NCBI GenBank assembly: GCA_964452565.1
Contig: CAYVLY010000001.1
Location: 142,638 to 206,637 of the forward strand
DNA length: 64,000 bases
From: an uncultured Gammaproteobacteria bacterium
GTDB lineage: Bacteria; Patescibacteriota; Patescibacteriia; UBA9934
Reading direction: 5' to 3'
How positions within the stretch are numbered: the first letter of the stretch is position 1; every line of letters starts with the position of its first letter. The position numbers and the translations under genes were made by a program. The notes under the pieces were generated by a model. The model saw nothing but the letters and a program-made list of their open reading frames with translations. It was not told where the DNA came from and did not search any database. Shown here piece by piece: positions 39,120 through 49,023 of this stretch.

Positions 39120-40235
39120 TTATCGAACTGATTTATATCCGCCTTTGACTCCTGTTTTTGATAATACTAGTTGCCACAACTGATTCTGTCGGCACCTGAA
39201 TGATCCCGCGCAAGAAAGTAGATAATACTTCCACATTCGATAGAATCGCTCGTCATATTGATCCTTAAGCTGCGGCCAAGCATCATTAAAGTTCTTAAAC
39301 CACGCCATCAAAGTCTTATCATAATCTGCTCCAAAGTTCTCAACATCTTCAACCATGAACAAACCTTCCATATCTTTTGTCAATTGCGCCAAAGAGGGAA
39401 GCATTGAATTCGTAAAGATGTACTTTTCAATCCATGCATCAGTGCTCTTTACTGACTTTCGTCCGCCAATCGTGTGAAGTAAGAACAATCCGTCATCTTT
39501 CAGACAACGCTCTGCTACCTCAAAGTATTCCTTATAATTCTTATAGCCAACGTGCTCTATCATTCCAAGTGAAATAATATGGTCAAACTTTTCATCAACA
39601 TCCCGATAATCCTGCAGGCGTATTTCAACAGGCAATCCCTTACAACGATCCTGAGCTAACTTTTGCTGTTCTTTCGAAATGGTTACACCCACAACGTGTG
39701 CCCCATACTTTTCAGCTGCAAACTTTGCAAAGCTACCCCAACCGCAGCCGATGTCAAGCACTCTATCACCTTGCTTGAGTCTAATTTTTCGACAAACAAG
39801 ATCAAGCTTGGCCTCTTGAGCCTCATCAAGGTTCTGCGCATTCTTCCAATATCCACAGGTATAGACCATGTTTTCATCAAGCATTGCTGTATAAAGATCA
39901 TTTCCAACATCATAATGCTCCTCACCAACCTTGAATGCACGCTTTCCACTTTGTCGATTAAACAAAATCGAAGCCAAGGCTAGTGCAACAACATGCCAAT
40001 TTTTTCGAAGCCTCTTGCGAACATCATCTTTTAAAAGCTTGTTGATCAACTCATCAAGCTTATCACATTCCCACCAGCCATCCATATAGCTTTCTCCAAA
40101 GCCAAGAGAGCCCTTTGTTAGTACACGCTTATAAAAAGACTCGTTCTTAATCTGCGGATCCCACGGGTTGGATCCATTCAAAGTTATACCCGTGCCCTCA
40201 ATTATCTTTTGAACCTGTTTTTGTATATCACTCAT
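39120..40235 (-). CDS. cfa: Cyclopropane fatty acyl phospholipid synthase
   Basis: LGFGESYMDGWW, HYDVGNDLY, YTCGYW, LDIGCGWG, FYRMWKYYLLSCAGSF. Confidence 0.93.
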   Translation of the reverse strand: MSDIQKQVQKIIEGTGITLNGSNPWDPQIKNESFYKRVLTKGSLGFGESYMDGWWECDKLDELINKLLKDDVRKRLRKNWHVVALALASILFNRQSGKRAFKVGEEHYDVGNDLYTAMLDENMVYTCGYWKNAQNLDEAQEAKLDLVCRKIRLKQGDRVLDIGCGWGSFAKFAAEKYGAHVVGVTISKEQQKLAQDRCKGLPVEIRLQDYRDVDEKFDHIISLGMIEHVGYKNYKEYFEVAERCLKDDGLFLLHTIGGRKSVKSTDAWIEKYIFTNSMLPSLAQLTKDMEGLFMVEDVENFGADYDKTLMAWFKNFNDAWPQLKDQYDERFYRMWKYYLLSCAGSFRCRQNQLWQLVLSKTGVKGGYKSVR

Positions 40236-40306
40236 ATTGAAGCTATTGTCGCGCGAAACCAAACTTTTATCAAGTATTGACCTGATCAATGATATACTTA
40301 ACTCAT

Positions 40307-40726
40307 ATGAACAAATCGATCAAAGCTATTTTTTGGATTCTCATAGTGAACTTTGTACTATTGCTTTTAATCTTCTTTGTTGAGCCAATGCAAGAGTTCT
40401 TTCAAGGTGAGATGTTCCTGCTGCCATGCATCACATTTTCAATTCTTGGGCTTGTACTCCTGATTCTGACAATAAGGTCTAAAATCGAACGCAAACAAAA
40501 AAGAGCACTACTAGTTACATCAATTAGTGCCCTTGGATTCTTTGTTGGCGTGTTTTTACACAATGCATTTTATGCGCTTGCAATGGTTTCAGAATCCATC
40601 CCAGTATTGCCAGCGCTATTCGAGTTCTTTGAGATAATCTTCTTTTTAGCTGCTATCTTTTTGAGTCCGATCCTTTTTATTACTGGAATAATCATGACTA
40701 TTGTCCAACTCATTCGATCGAAATGA
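40307..40726 (+). CDS. Membrane protein (4 TM)
   Basis: Hydrophobic helices, LHNAFYAL. Confidence 0.65.
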   Translation: MNKSIKAIFWILIVNFVLLLLIFFVEPMQEFFQGEMFLLPCITFSILGLVLLILTIRSKIERKQKRALLVTSISALGFFVGVFLHNAFYALAMVSESIPVLPALFEFFEIIFFLAAIFLSPILFITGIIMTIVQLIRSK

Positions 40727-41213
40727 TCTCATATCCTACTATTTGATTTTGAATCTTTATTTCAACTCGATCACCAACTTGATGTTTTAAAAGTGCCGAT
40801 CCGATCGGAGATAAATGAGAAATTCGGCCCATTGTTGGATCTGACTCAAGAGACCCCAAGATTTCATACTGCCTTTGCCTGCCATTGACCACGATTGTAA
40901 CTATCGATCCGATCTGAACCGTGTCGCTCGATGCTGGCTTTTTGATAATTATTGCAGTTTTGAGCCGCTGCTTTAGGTTCTCAATCTGGCCCATGGTTCT
41001 TCGAAGAGTAAACTTTGCCTCTTGGTACGCTGCATTCTCTGACAAATCTCCCATTTCTTGAGTACGAGTGACCTCAGATGCAAGTTCAGGAAGCGAACCC
41101 TCAAGTCTCTCAAGCTTCTCTTGCATCTGATCAAAAGCCGCTTGAGTAATATGTTGATCGTCTTTTCGACTCTGGCGTCTATACTTTTCCGCCTTTCGCA
41201 TTGGTAATCGCAT
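40710..41213 (-). CDS. greA: Transcription elongation factor GreA/GreB family
   Basis: GDLSENAAY..AK, ISHLSPIGSAL. Confidence 0.88.
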   Translation of the reverse strand: MRLPMRKAEKYRRQSRKDDQHITQAAFDQMQEKLERLEGSLPELASEVTRTQEMGDLSENAAYQEAKFTLRRTMGQIENLKQRLKTAIIIKKPASSDTVQIGSIVTIVVNGRQRQYEILGSLESDPTMGRISHLSPIGSALLKHQVGDRVEIKIQNQIVGYEIISIE

Positions 41214-41293
41214 AAAATCGATATATACTTATGATATAAGTTTATCATTTATCCTCTACTTCAATAAATAACTAATAAACTTAATCTTGGCAT

Positions 41294-41788
41294 ATGAATA
41301 AAAAACTATTTGAGACGTTCATGGGGATCCTTCGGATCTCTATGGGTTGGATATTCTTTTGGCCCTTTCTCGATAAGTTGTTCGGACTCGGATTCGCAAC
41401 CGCACCTGAGCATGCATGGACTGCAGGATGGCATCCCACATACAACTTCTTGACTTACGGAACTAAAGGACCCTTTGCAGAGTTTTATCAAAGCATTGCG
41501 GGAAATGTATTTGTTGATTGGATCTTCATGATAGGCCTGTTATTCATCGGATTAGCGCTTCTACTTGGTGTAGGTGTGCGAATCGCTGGATACACAGGAG
41601 CACTAATGCTTGTTCTTATGTATACAGCTGGATATATCTGGCCAGAACATAATCCGTTTTTGGATGATCATCTGATTTACGCAATACTGATGATTGTGCT
41701 CACACTAGCCCCAACAGGGAACTGGCTTGGATTTGGAAAGTGGTGGGCGAAACGTAAGATAGTCAAAAAATACAAAATCCTAATTTAG
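41294..41788 (+). CDS. DoxX-family membrane protein
   Basis: LRISMGWIFFW.FLDK.FG, GLALLLG, NPFLDDH. Confidence 0.8.
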   Translation: MNKKLFETFMGILRISMGWIFFWPFLDKLFGLGFATAPEHAWTAGWHPTYNFLTYGTKGPFAEFYQSIAGNVFVDWIFMIGLLFIGLALLLGVGVRIAGYTGALMLVLMYTAGYIWPEHNPFLDDHLIYAILMIVLTLAPTGNWLGFGKWWAKRKIVKKYKILI

Positions 41789-41792
41789 AAAC

Positions 41793-41895
41793 AAAAAACA
41801 GCCGTATCTGCTCATTCCATCCCGAGCAACGCCGAGGGATCTCTCGACTCGCTACGCTCGCTCGAGATGGAAAGTAGATTAAGCGGCTGTTTTTT
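41793..41895. repeat. Terminator-like inverted repeat with a REP-like palindrome nested in its loop
   Basis: AAAAAACAGCCG...CGGCTGTTTTTT enclosing TTCCATCCCGAGC...GCTCGAGATGGAA (41815-41872). Confidence 0.7.
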
Positions 41896-41901
41896 TATTA
41901 T

Positions 41902-42285
41902 CTATGCCAAGAATCCAAAATATCCCAATACAAGACCAAGTACTACTGTTAGAATTGAAAGTACAAAGTAAGCACCACCTGCCTTTACGACCGTTTTAGC
42001 AAACTTCATATATGGCCCTGGTATAAGGAAGAATAATATGCCTTTTATCAGTGTTATCCAAGCTATTATTGTGATAATTGTTTCCCAACCACTCCATATG
42101 TTATGGGCTATGACAAACGCAGCACCAAGCAATAGAGTAAATGCTCCTATTGAATATGATAGTCCTGCATTCTTTCTAAATCCATCTACCATGTGTGAAA
42201 TTCTCTTGGTGTTAAACATGATTCCAATTCCAGCAACCACAAAATAGATAGCTAGCATCTTTGCTAAGAAGATTGATAGTTCCAT
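41902..42285 (-). CDS. Small membrane protein
   Basis: 4 TM, AHNIW..W..IITII.W..LIKG. Confidence 0.7.
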   Translation of the reverse strand: MELSIFLAKMLAIYFVVAGIGIMFNTKRISHMVDGFRKNAGLSYSIGAFTLLLGAAFVIAHNIWSGWETIITIIAWITLIKGILFFLIPGPYMKFAKTVVKAGGAYFVLSILTVVLGLVLGYFGFLA

Positions 42286-42336
42286 ATTTGTTTTATTAAT
42301 CAACAAGAGGCCCGTAAGGGCCTCATTGTATTTGAA

Positions 42337-42813
42337 TTATCGAACAAGACTAATTGCCGATCCACCTTCTGGGTCGCATGCTCCGACCTCAACGGTGCCA
42401 TTTGAACCCTTCATCAGATAATAATCTGTAAGCGCCGCTGTTCCAGTGCTAGGGTCAAGTGGAACAGATCCGAGGTATCCCTCAGTCACCAATGCAGTAA
42501 GGTCAACACATGCATTCTGTGTGGTCTGAGCGGTACACCCAACATTACATCCTGATGCTCCGTTCGTACCAATTGTGTAATAAAGGTCCTCGGTCAATGC
42601 TACAACAGATGCAACATATGTTCCGCCATTGTCTACTTGATCTGTAACAACTGCAGTAAGTACATTGTTTAGATCGTTGAAGCGTCGTGAGTCACGTGCT
42701 TCTTGGAATCGTGTGACAGGATCTAATGCCACAAAGATTGCCGCTGCCAAGATTGCGATTACCGCAATAACAATGAGCAGCTCAATCAAGGTAAAACCTT
42801 TTTGATTTCTCAT
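42337..42813 (-). CDS. Type IV pilin / pseudopilin
   Basis: KGFTLIELLIVIAVIAILA, ARDSRR, VPLDP. Confidence 0.9.
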   Translation of the reverse strand: MRNQKGFTLIELLIVIAVIAILAAAIFVALDPVTRFQEARDSRRFNDLNNVLTAVVTDQVDNGGTYVASVVALTEDLYYTIGTNGASGCNVGCTAQTTQNACVDLTALVTEGYLGSVPLDPSTGTAALTDYYLMKGSNGTVEVGACDPEGGSAISLVR

Positions 42814-42897
42814 ATGTAAAAGAAAGAATTATTAAGTGACTAAAGTATATCATTTGTGCAGGCGATTGTGTATAATGTTATTAAGGTTTTCCACAAT

Positions 42898-44202
42898 ATG
42901 TTTTCGAAAAAGAAGGAGGAAGAAGTTTCTTCAAAGCAAAAACCTAAAAAAGAAATTCCCGTTATCGGAACATCTGATCTTGAGAAGATGATCAAAGCAG
43001 CGGGAACAAAAACGGCGCGTGAGACGCTGGTTATTGAGTTTATTGATGCGCTCATGTTGTATGCAGATCAGAACCGTGCTTCAGACGTTCACCTAGAACC
43101 AAAACGTGAGGGAAAAGCTATTGCGCGACTTCGTGTTGACGGTATGCTTCGTGATGAATTTGAAATTCCATATACATTACATAGCCAGTCAATTGCACGA
43201 TTAAAAATCATGACCAATATGCGGTCTGATGAACACCGTGCACCACAGGATGGGCGGTTTTCATTTGATACCCAGCACGAAACTGTTGATGTCCGTGCAT
43301 CGATTATTGCCACTGTCTACGGGGAAAAGGCTGTTCTGCGGCTCTTATCAGGATCAACTCATGGACTTTCACTTGAGGATCTTGGGTTCTCAGAAACTGA
43401 CCTACAAAGGCTAAGGGCGCAAGTTAAAAAACCCTGGGGAATGATTCTTGCAACTGGTCCAACTGGATCAGGAAAGACAACTACGATCTATGCTGTCCTC
43501 GAAGAGCTAAATCGTAGAGAAGTGAATATTTCAACAATCGAAGATCCAGTCGAATTTAAAATCGGTGAAGTAAACCAAAGTCAAGTTGACCGGCCAGCTG
43601 AGTTCACATTTGCAACAGGTCTTCGATCACTACTTCGTCAAGATCCAGACATCATTATGGTGGGTGAGATCCGTGATAAGGAAACTGCAAAAATTGCCGT
43701 AAATGCTGCGCTTACCGGACACAAAATGTTATCCACACTTCATACTAATGATGCACCAACAACCATCCCACGACTTATGGATATGGGAGTTGAGCCATAC
43801 CTTGTAGCATCAACATTCAACTGTGCTATTGGACAGCGATTGATGCGCCGAGTATGTGAAAAGTGCGGAAAGTCGATTACAATAACCAAACAGCAGGCAA
43901 CTGAAAAACTTCCAGAACATATCGTCAACCTGATGTTTCAAAAAACAGATTCAATCGAAGTTATCGAAGCTGTAGGCTGCGAAGCCTGCGGAAAAAGTGG
44001 ATATCATGGTCGTATTGGAATTTATGAAGTGCTAATCAACACAACTGAGATGCAAAGTCTTATTGCGCAGCATGCGGAAAGCACACTTATTCGAGAGAAA
44101 GCGATCCAGCAGGGAATGACAACCATGGAACAAGATGGCGCTCGTAAGGTATTGCAAAAAATTTCAACACTTGAGGAATTTGTACGAGTTTTGCATGAAT
44201 AA
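42898..44202 (+). CDS. pilB: GspE/PilB-family assembly ATPase
   Basis: ASDVHLEP, PQDGR, GPTGSGKTTT, LLRQDPDIIMVGEIRD, STLHTN, tetra-Cys motif. Confidence 0.9.
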   Translation: MFSKKKEEEVSSKQKPKKEIPVIGTSDLEKMIKAAGTKTARETLVIEFIDALMLYADQNRASDVHLEPKREGKAIARLRVDGMLRDEFEIPYTLHSQSIARLKIMTNMRSDEHRAPQDGRFSFDTQHETVDVRASIIATVYGEKAVLRLLSGSTHGLSLEDLGFSETDLQRLRAQVKKPWGMILATGPTGSGKTTTIYAVLEELNRREVNISTIEDPVEFKIGEVNQSQVDRPAEFTFATGLRSLLRQDPDIIMVGEIRDKETAKIAVNAALTGHKMLSTLHTNDAPTTIPRLMDMGVEPYLVASTFNCAIGQRLMRRVCEKCGKSITITKQQATEKLPEHIVNLMFQKTDSIEVIEAVGCEACGKSGYHGRIGIYEVLINTTEMQSLIAQHAESTLIREKAIQQGMTTMEQDGARKVLQKISTLEEFVRVLHE

Positions 44203-45340
44203 GGAAAAAGCCCTAAAACCGAAAAAAGAAAAAGCCCAGGAGATTGCGGCTAAAGTTGAAGTTCCTGAAAAAAAGAAAGTTTCGCTTCTGACAAAACTTA
44301 ATGTAAGGCTTGGCTCTAAAGAGAAAGTGCTTTTTGTTAAGTACTTATCAGTACTGCTCGAATCAGGACTACCCCTAGATCAAGCACTGGATATCCTCTT
44401 AAATCAATCAAAGGGTCCGCTTAAGAAGATTCTTGAATCAGTGTCAGCTGAAATCAGAAATGGAAAACAGTTAGCAGATGGACTTGAACATTATCCACAC
44501 ATTTTCTCAGAAGTATTTATCAATCTGATAAGGGCAGGGGAAAACACTGGAACACTTAAAGAAAATCTGGCCTACTTAGCAGAGCAAGCACAAAAGCAAT
44601 ACGATTTAAAGCAAAGCATCCGTGGATCAATGATGTATCCAATCATTGTTTTAATTGGTGGAGTCATCGTGAGCATATTCATAATCTTATTCATCTTTCC
44701 AAATATTGTTGCACTTTTCGAAACATTGAATGTTGAACTGCCATTAGCAACCCGAATTTTACTATGGATCGCAAACGTGTTTGAAAACTACCCATGGCAC
44801 CTTATTTCAACAATCATCGCGATCATTATCTTATTCATAATTGCACGAAAGGTCCAATTTACACGTTATTTTCTTGATCAAATCTTTCTCCGCATTCCGA
44901 TCATCGGTAGAATCCTTCGCGACAGCACACTTTCTAATGTATTCCGGTTACTTGGTACATTGCTCGAAAGTGGAATGCCACTCAAGCAATCGATAAAAGT
45001 TACAAGGTCCACCGCCAACAACATGGTATTCCAAAGGATGTTTGACGAGCTGGATACACGAGTAACTCAAGGTGGAGAACTTGTAACAGTACTACGAAAA
45101 TATGATCATATTGTTCCGCTGATGTCTGTACGGCTGATTCATGTTGGAGCGCAAACTGGTGAACTTGAACACATGTTGCTGTATTTGGCAGACTTTTACA
45201 GTAAGGAAGTTGACGAGCTTTCAAAACGCATCTCTGTAATCATTGAACCAGTTCTAATAATTGCGATCGGATTTATGATCGGATTTTTGGCTTTTGCAAT
45301 TATAACTCCTATCTATGAAGTTATTACAAGTGTAGGATGA
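44195..45340 (+). CDS. pilC: GspF/PilC platform protein
   Basis: LLESGLPL, AGENTGTL, MMYP, IEP..I...G. Confidence 0.9.
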   Translation: MNKEKALKPKKEKAQEIAAKVEVPEKKKVSLLTKLNVRLGSKEKVLFVKYLSVLLESGLPLDQALDILLNQSKGPLKKILESVSAEIRNGKQLADGLEHYPHIFSEVFINLIRAGENTGTLKENLAYLAEQAQKQYDLKQSIRGSMMYPIIVLIGGVIVSIFIILFIFPNIVALFETLNVELPLATRILLWIANVFENYPWHLISTIIAIIILFIIARKVQFTRYFLDQIFLRIPIIGRILRDSTLSNVFRLLGTLLESGMPLKQSIKVTRSTANNMVFQRMFDELDTRVTQGGELVTVLRKYDHIVPLMSVRLIHVGAQTGELEHMLLYLADFYSKEVDELSKRISVIIEPVLIIAIGFMIGFLAFAIITPIYEVITSVG

Positions 45341-45834
45341 GGAAATCAGGCTTTACTATTACTGAAATCATTATTGTCGTTGGCGTGCTTCTAATTTTGC
45401 TAACGATAGTTTTTACATCAGTACGAATAACAAATGATAGTCTAAGGGCTAAAACACACCAGGAAGTGCACAGCATGCTCATGGAGGCATCACGTCTAGC
45501 AAGATATGGTGTGCATGATTCTGACTGGGGCGTCTATTTTCAATATGACGGGCTAAGTGGCGAGGCAATACGAGCTACTCTTTATGCTGGAGAAAATTAT
45601 GCATCGCGTGACACGCAATACGATCGATTTACTGCATTTGATGAAACGGTTATCTTTTCAGATGTTTCTCTCTCAGACATATCACCATGGACAGGAAATG
45701 GAAATGAAGTCACATTTGAAACTATCTCAGGTGCTGCACACAACATAGGTTCAATCTCACTAACAACGGGGCAAAAAAATACAGTAATAACAATAAACGA
45801 AGATGGTATCCCACTTATAGATTATGTGGACTAA
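45337..45834 (+). CDS. Minor pilin
   Basis: SGFTITEIIIVV. Confidence 0.8.
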   Translation: MRKSGFTITEIIIVVGVLLILLTIVFTSVRITNDSLRAKTHQEVHSMLMEASRLARYGVHDSDWGVYFQYDGLSGEAIRATLYAGENYASRDTQYDRFTAFDETVIFSDVSLSDISPWTGNGNEVTFETISGAAHNIGSISLTTGQKNTVITINEDGIPLIDYVD

Positions 45835-46708
45835 AAGAAGAAAAGGGAGTGTAATTTTAGAAGTGCTTATTGCAATCGGAGTTTCAGCTATTTTCTTTTC
45901 AGCTATCGCGGGACTACTCATATCATCAAACAAAAGCACAGCAAATTTGTACAACACGCAAAAGGCTTATGCGCGAAATAAAGAAGGCCTCTCTGCCTTG
46001 CAGTCAATAAAATTTGAAGATCTATTTCTAACTTGGGACGGAAAAGTTACATATAATAGCGTGACTGATCAGTGGGAACTTTCAACAGGATCCGAGGTGT
46101 TTGCAGATAACCAGACGCGATCAGTTGCTGTCATTGAAGTTCAGCGCAATGAGGACTGTGAAGTTGTGTTATACGGTGGCGATGTGGATCCAGATAGTTA
46201 TATTCTGATGAGCAATATGATGTGGGACTCATACGGTGGCGGAAAACGAGACTCAACAATATACTCTTTAGTTGTTAATACAGAGAATCCTCAAGGAGAT
46301 TGTTTTGGTGGAGGTGAAGAGGCGGAAAATCTCGTACTTATCACAGTAGATGCTGAATGGTATGGGGACAAGCAATTACGCGATCTTTATATAACCAATG
46401 AAGGCACTTCTCCTGTTACGATTACTGAAATCACAATATGGTGGGATGTCTCTAAATCTAAGATTGAGCAAATCTTCTACGATGGTGACAAGGTTTGGTC
46501 ATATAGTGGCCCCGGATCTCCATCAGGAAAGCAATATTCTGGTACGCAAATCGATATAGATGATATTGAAATTCCAGCTGGATATACCGGAGAGTTCAAT
46601 AAAATCAAATTCTCAAAGGACATGGAGGACGCAACACTCATTATTGAATTTGAGTTCTCTGATGGCTCAACATATACAAGTGATCCATTTGAACCAGATG
46701 ACGACTAA
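45824..46708 (+). CDS. Minor pilin (PilV-like) with extra C-terminal domain
   Basis: KGSVILEVLIAI. Confidence 0.7.
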   Translation: MWTKRRKGSVILEVLIAIGVSAIFFSAIAGLLISSNKSTANLYNTQKAYARNKEGLSALQSIKFEDLFLTWDGKVTYNSVTDQWELSTGSEVFADNQTRSVAVIEVQRNEDCEVVLYGGDVDPDSYILMSNMMWDSYGGGKRDSTIYSLVVNTENPQGDCFGGGEEAENLVLITVDAEWYGDKQLRDLYITNEGTSPVTITEITIWWDVSKSKIEQIFYDGDKVWSYSGPGSPSGKQYSGTQIDIDDIEIPAGYTGEFNKIKFSKDMEDATLIIEFEFSDGSTYTSDPFEPDDD

Positions 46709-46709
46709 T

Positions 46710-47255
46710 ATGAGACACGGGTTTACGCTTATCGAACTAGTACTATACATGGCGCTCATTGCAATATTGATACCGTCAGTGGTTTTGGTTTTATTAACTG
46801 TAAATAAAAACCAACAGCATGTATATTTAAGAACCGAAATACAAAACACAGCTGCAATTATTCTCTCTGAAATTGAGCATGAAATCATGCATGCCAGCAA
46901 AATCAATATAAGCAGCTCAACACTAGACTCTGATCAATCTGTTTTAGAGTATGTAGACAGTGGCAATATACTTCATAGGTTTCAATATGCCACTGATACA
47001 GTTGAGTTTAGTTCAACTCAATATAATATTGGTCGTTTGCAATTCTATGACGGAGGTTATAGCTGGCTCACCTCAGAAAATATTATTGTCAGTGTTTTCC
47101 GAATAGAATCTGTTCGAAACAGCGATTCGTTACTAACTGGCCTTAACATTCATCTAACCCTTACGCCACTCACCACCGAGACAAGCATGGATCAGGCAAA
47201 CATTCTAGAGCTCAGAACATCAATACCGGTACTAACATCTGCTACTGAACAATAA
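46710..47255 (+). CDS. Minor pilin (PilW-like)
   Basis: MRHGFTLIELVLYMAL. Confidence 0.8.
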   Translation: MRHGFTLIELVLYMALIAILIPSVVLVLLTVNKNQQHVYLRTEIQNTAAIILSEIEHEIMHASKINISSSTLDSDQSVLEYVDSGNILHRFQYATDTVEFSSTQYNIGRLQFYDGGYSWLTSENIIVSVFRIESVRNSDSLLTGLNIHLTLTPLTTETSMDQANILELRTSIPVLTSATEQ

Positions 47256-47259
47256 CCAT

Positions 47260-47631
47260 ATGAAACAATCCCCAGAAGGAATCGCGCTTTTACTTACAGT
47301 AATTGTTGTTGGTGTAACCGGTTTTACTGTTATGGCATTTATTGCACGATCTGGAATCGCATCATTAAGAACCTTGCAGTATCAAGAAGATTCAATGTCT
47401 CTTGAGGGTCATGTGTACGGCTGCATAGAGGAGCTCATGGCGCAGAATCTTAGAGATCCTGACTTCAATGCCGGAACCCTCTCAATAGGATCAGTGGAAC
47501 ATACAATAAATACAATTGACTCAGGTCCAGAGCAAAAAACAGTAGAAATTATTGCATCTGACGAAACTATTACACGCAGAGAGGAAGTAACGATCGGACT
47601 TGATCCGGTATCGCTAATTTCGATAAACTAG
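47260..47631 (+). CDS. PilX-like minor pilin
   Basis: EGIALLLTVIVV (lacks E5, as in PilX/GspK). Confidence 0.65.
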   Translation: MKQSPEGIALLLTVIVVGVTGFTVMAFIARSGIASLRTLQYQEDSMSLEGHVYGCIEELMAQNLRDPDFNAGTLSIGSVEHTINTIDSGPEQKTVEIIASDETITRREEVTIGLDPVSLISIN

Positions 47632-47637
47632 GTTTAC

Positions 47638-47832
47638 ATGGAAATATTAGGACTAACACTTACAACGGTTGGTGAAGTGCTCATTGGGCTTACAGTTCTT
47701 TTTGTACACCACAGAATACTTAAGGAGCACAAGCTTGATAAAAGAGTTTTCGCGGGGATACAAATGGAGCAATGGGCTGGACTTTTAGGAATCGTTTTGG
47801 TAGTTTCCGGATATATAATTCGAATAGTATAA
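47638..47832 (+). CDS. Small membrane protein
   Basis: 2 TM flanking VHHRILKEHKLD. Confidence 0.6.
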   Translation: MEILGLTLTTVGEVLIGLTVLFVHHRILKEHKLDKRVFAGIQMEQWAGLLGIVLVVSGYIIRIV

Positions 47833-47836
47833 TAAT

Positions 47837-48148
47837 ATGATCATTACAACTACCTGGAATATTCCTGGAAAGGAAACGCGTGATACTGTCGGACTTGTGC
47901 AAGGTAGCGTCACACGAAGTCGACACGTTGGTCACGATATTATCTCTGGACTCAAGACAATTGTTGGTGGCGAGCTACATGCATACACAGAGTTGCTTGA
48001 GAGTGCACGAAAAGAGGCATTAGATCGGATGATCTCGCAGGCCGAGGAAAAAGGTGCAAATGCGATCATTGGAGTTCGTTTCACTACATCTTCGATTGCA
48101 GCAGGGGCCTCTGAGATTCTCGCTTACGGAACAGCAGTCAAAATCTAA
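47837..48148 (+). CDS. YbjQ/UPF0145 family protein
   Basis: MIITTT..IPG, GLKTIVGGEL..YT, GANAIIGVRF, AYGTAV. Confidence 0.92.
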   Translation: MIITTTWNIPGKETRDTVGLVQGSVTRSRHVGHDIISGLKTIVGGELHAYTELLESARKEALDRMISQAEEKGANAIIGVRFTTSSIAAGASEILAYGTAVKI

Positions 48149-48197
48149 AATTGACAATTACAAAAACCGAGGTTTAATGCCTCGGTTTTGGTTTTGT

Positions 48198-48866
48198 TTA
48201 TGATGCAATCTTGTGCAATGTGATGGCTAATGCATTTGCGACATTCAATGATTCTAGTTTATCAGAGTGTTCGATATGTATTGATCGGCCTTCGGCCTTC
48301 AATCGAATCCCTCGACCCTCTGAACCGACTACAAGTACGATCTTTTCTTCAAACTCGATCAAATTTAGGGGGTCAGACGCTTCGGTCATTTCCATACGAT
48401 AAGTTGGTCGGTCTAGACCTTCGACTACGTTCTTAGCGTTTGATCGATTTACTTCAACCCACGGAACCTGAAACATAGCACCCGCTGATGATCGAATGAC
48501 TTTGGGACTGGTTGGATCTGCGCTTTCGATGAGTAGTAGTGAGGCATCAAATCCCAAGCACAATCGTAGGATTGTCCCGACATTTCCTGGATCCTGCACA
48601 CCATCGAGTACAACTATTACATTTTTTGACTCAATGTCTTTCTCCGTCCATCCGGGAATACGTGCTGTCGCAGCCATTTCCTGAGGCGTTTCTGTTGTTA
48701 CTAGCTTGTCAAAGCCCCTGACCTGATCGCGCTTGAATGTTAGATCAATCGCGCTCCCAGCCGTTTCGATTACTTTTTCACCTTCAACTAAGCAAAGGCC
48801 GGTCTCTCGACGACCCTTCTTACGATGAAGTGATTTAATAAGTTTTTCTTGGTTCTTAGTTATCAT
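48198..48866 (-). CDS. TrmH/SpoU RNA methyltransferase
   Basis: LDGVQDPGNVGTILR, RSSAGA, GSEGRGI, ESLNVA. Confidence 0.92.
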   Translation of the reverse strand: MITKNQEKLIKSLHRKKGRRETGLCLVEGEKVIETAGSAIDLTFKRDQVRGFDKLVTTETPQEMAATARIPGWTEKDIESKNVIVVLDGVQDPGNVGTILRLCLGFDASLLLIESADPTSPKVIRSSAGAMFQVPWVEVNRSNAKNVVEGLDRPTYRMEMTEASDPLNLIEFEEKIVLVVGSEGRGIRLKAEGRSIHIEHSDKLESLNVANALAITLHKIAS

Positions 48867-49023
48867 ATGGCGATATCATATCACAATCATAAAGCGCCTT
48901 AAGCTATCATATTTATCAATTCAATAAAAGTGGATAACTCATATTTAGCCAACTTTGAACCAAAATCACCTGTGCCCAACACCGAGTGCTGGACATGTAG
49001 TAATGTTGTATAATACTGCACAT

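Noticed and set aside
48929-48938. DnaA-box-like sequence
   Set aside because: Isolated imperfect match with no cluster or origin context.
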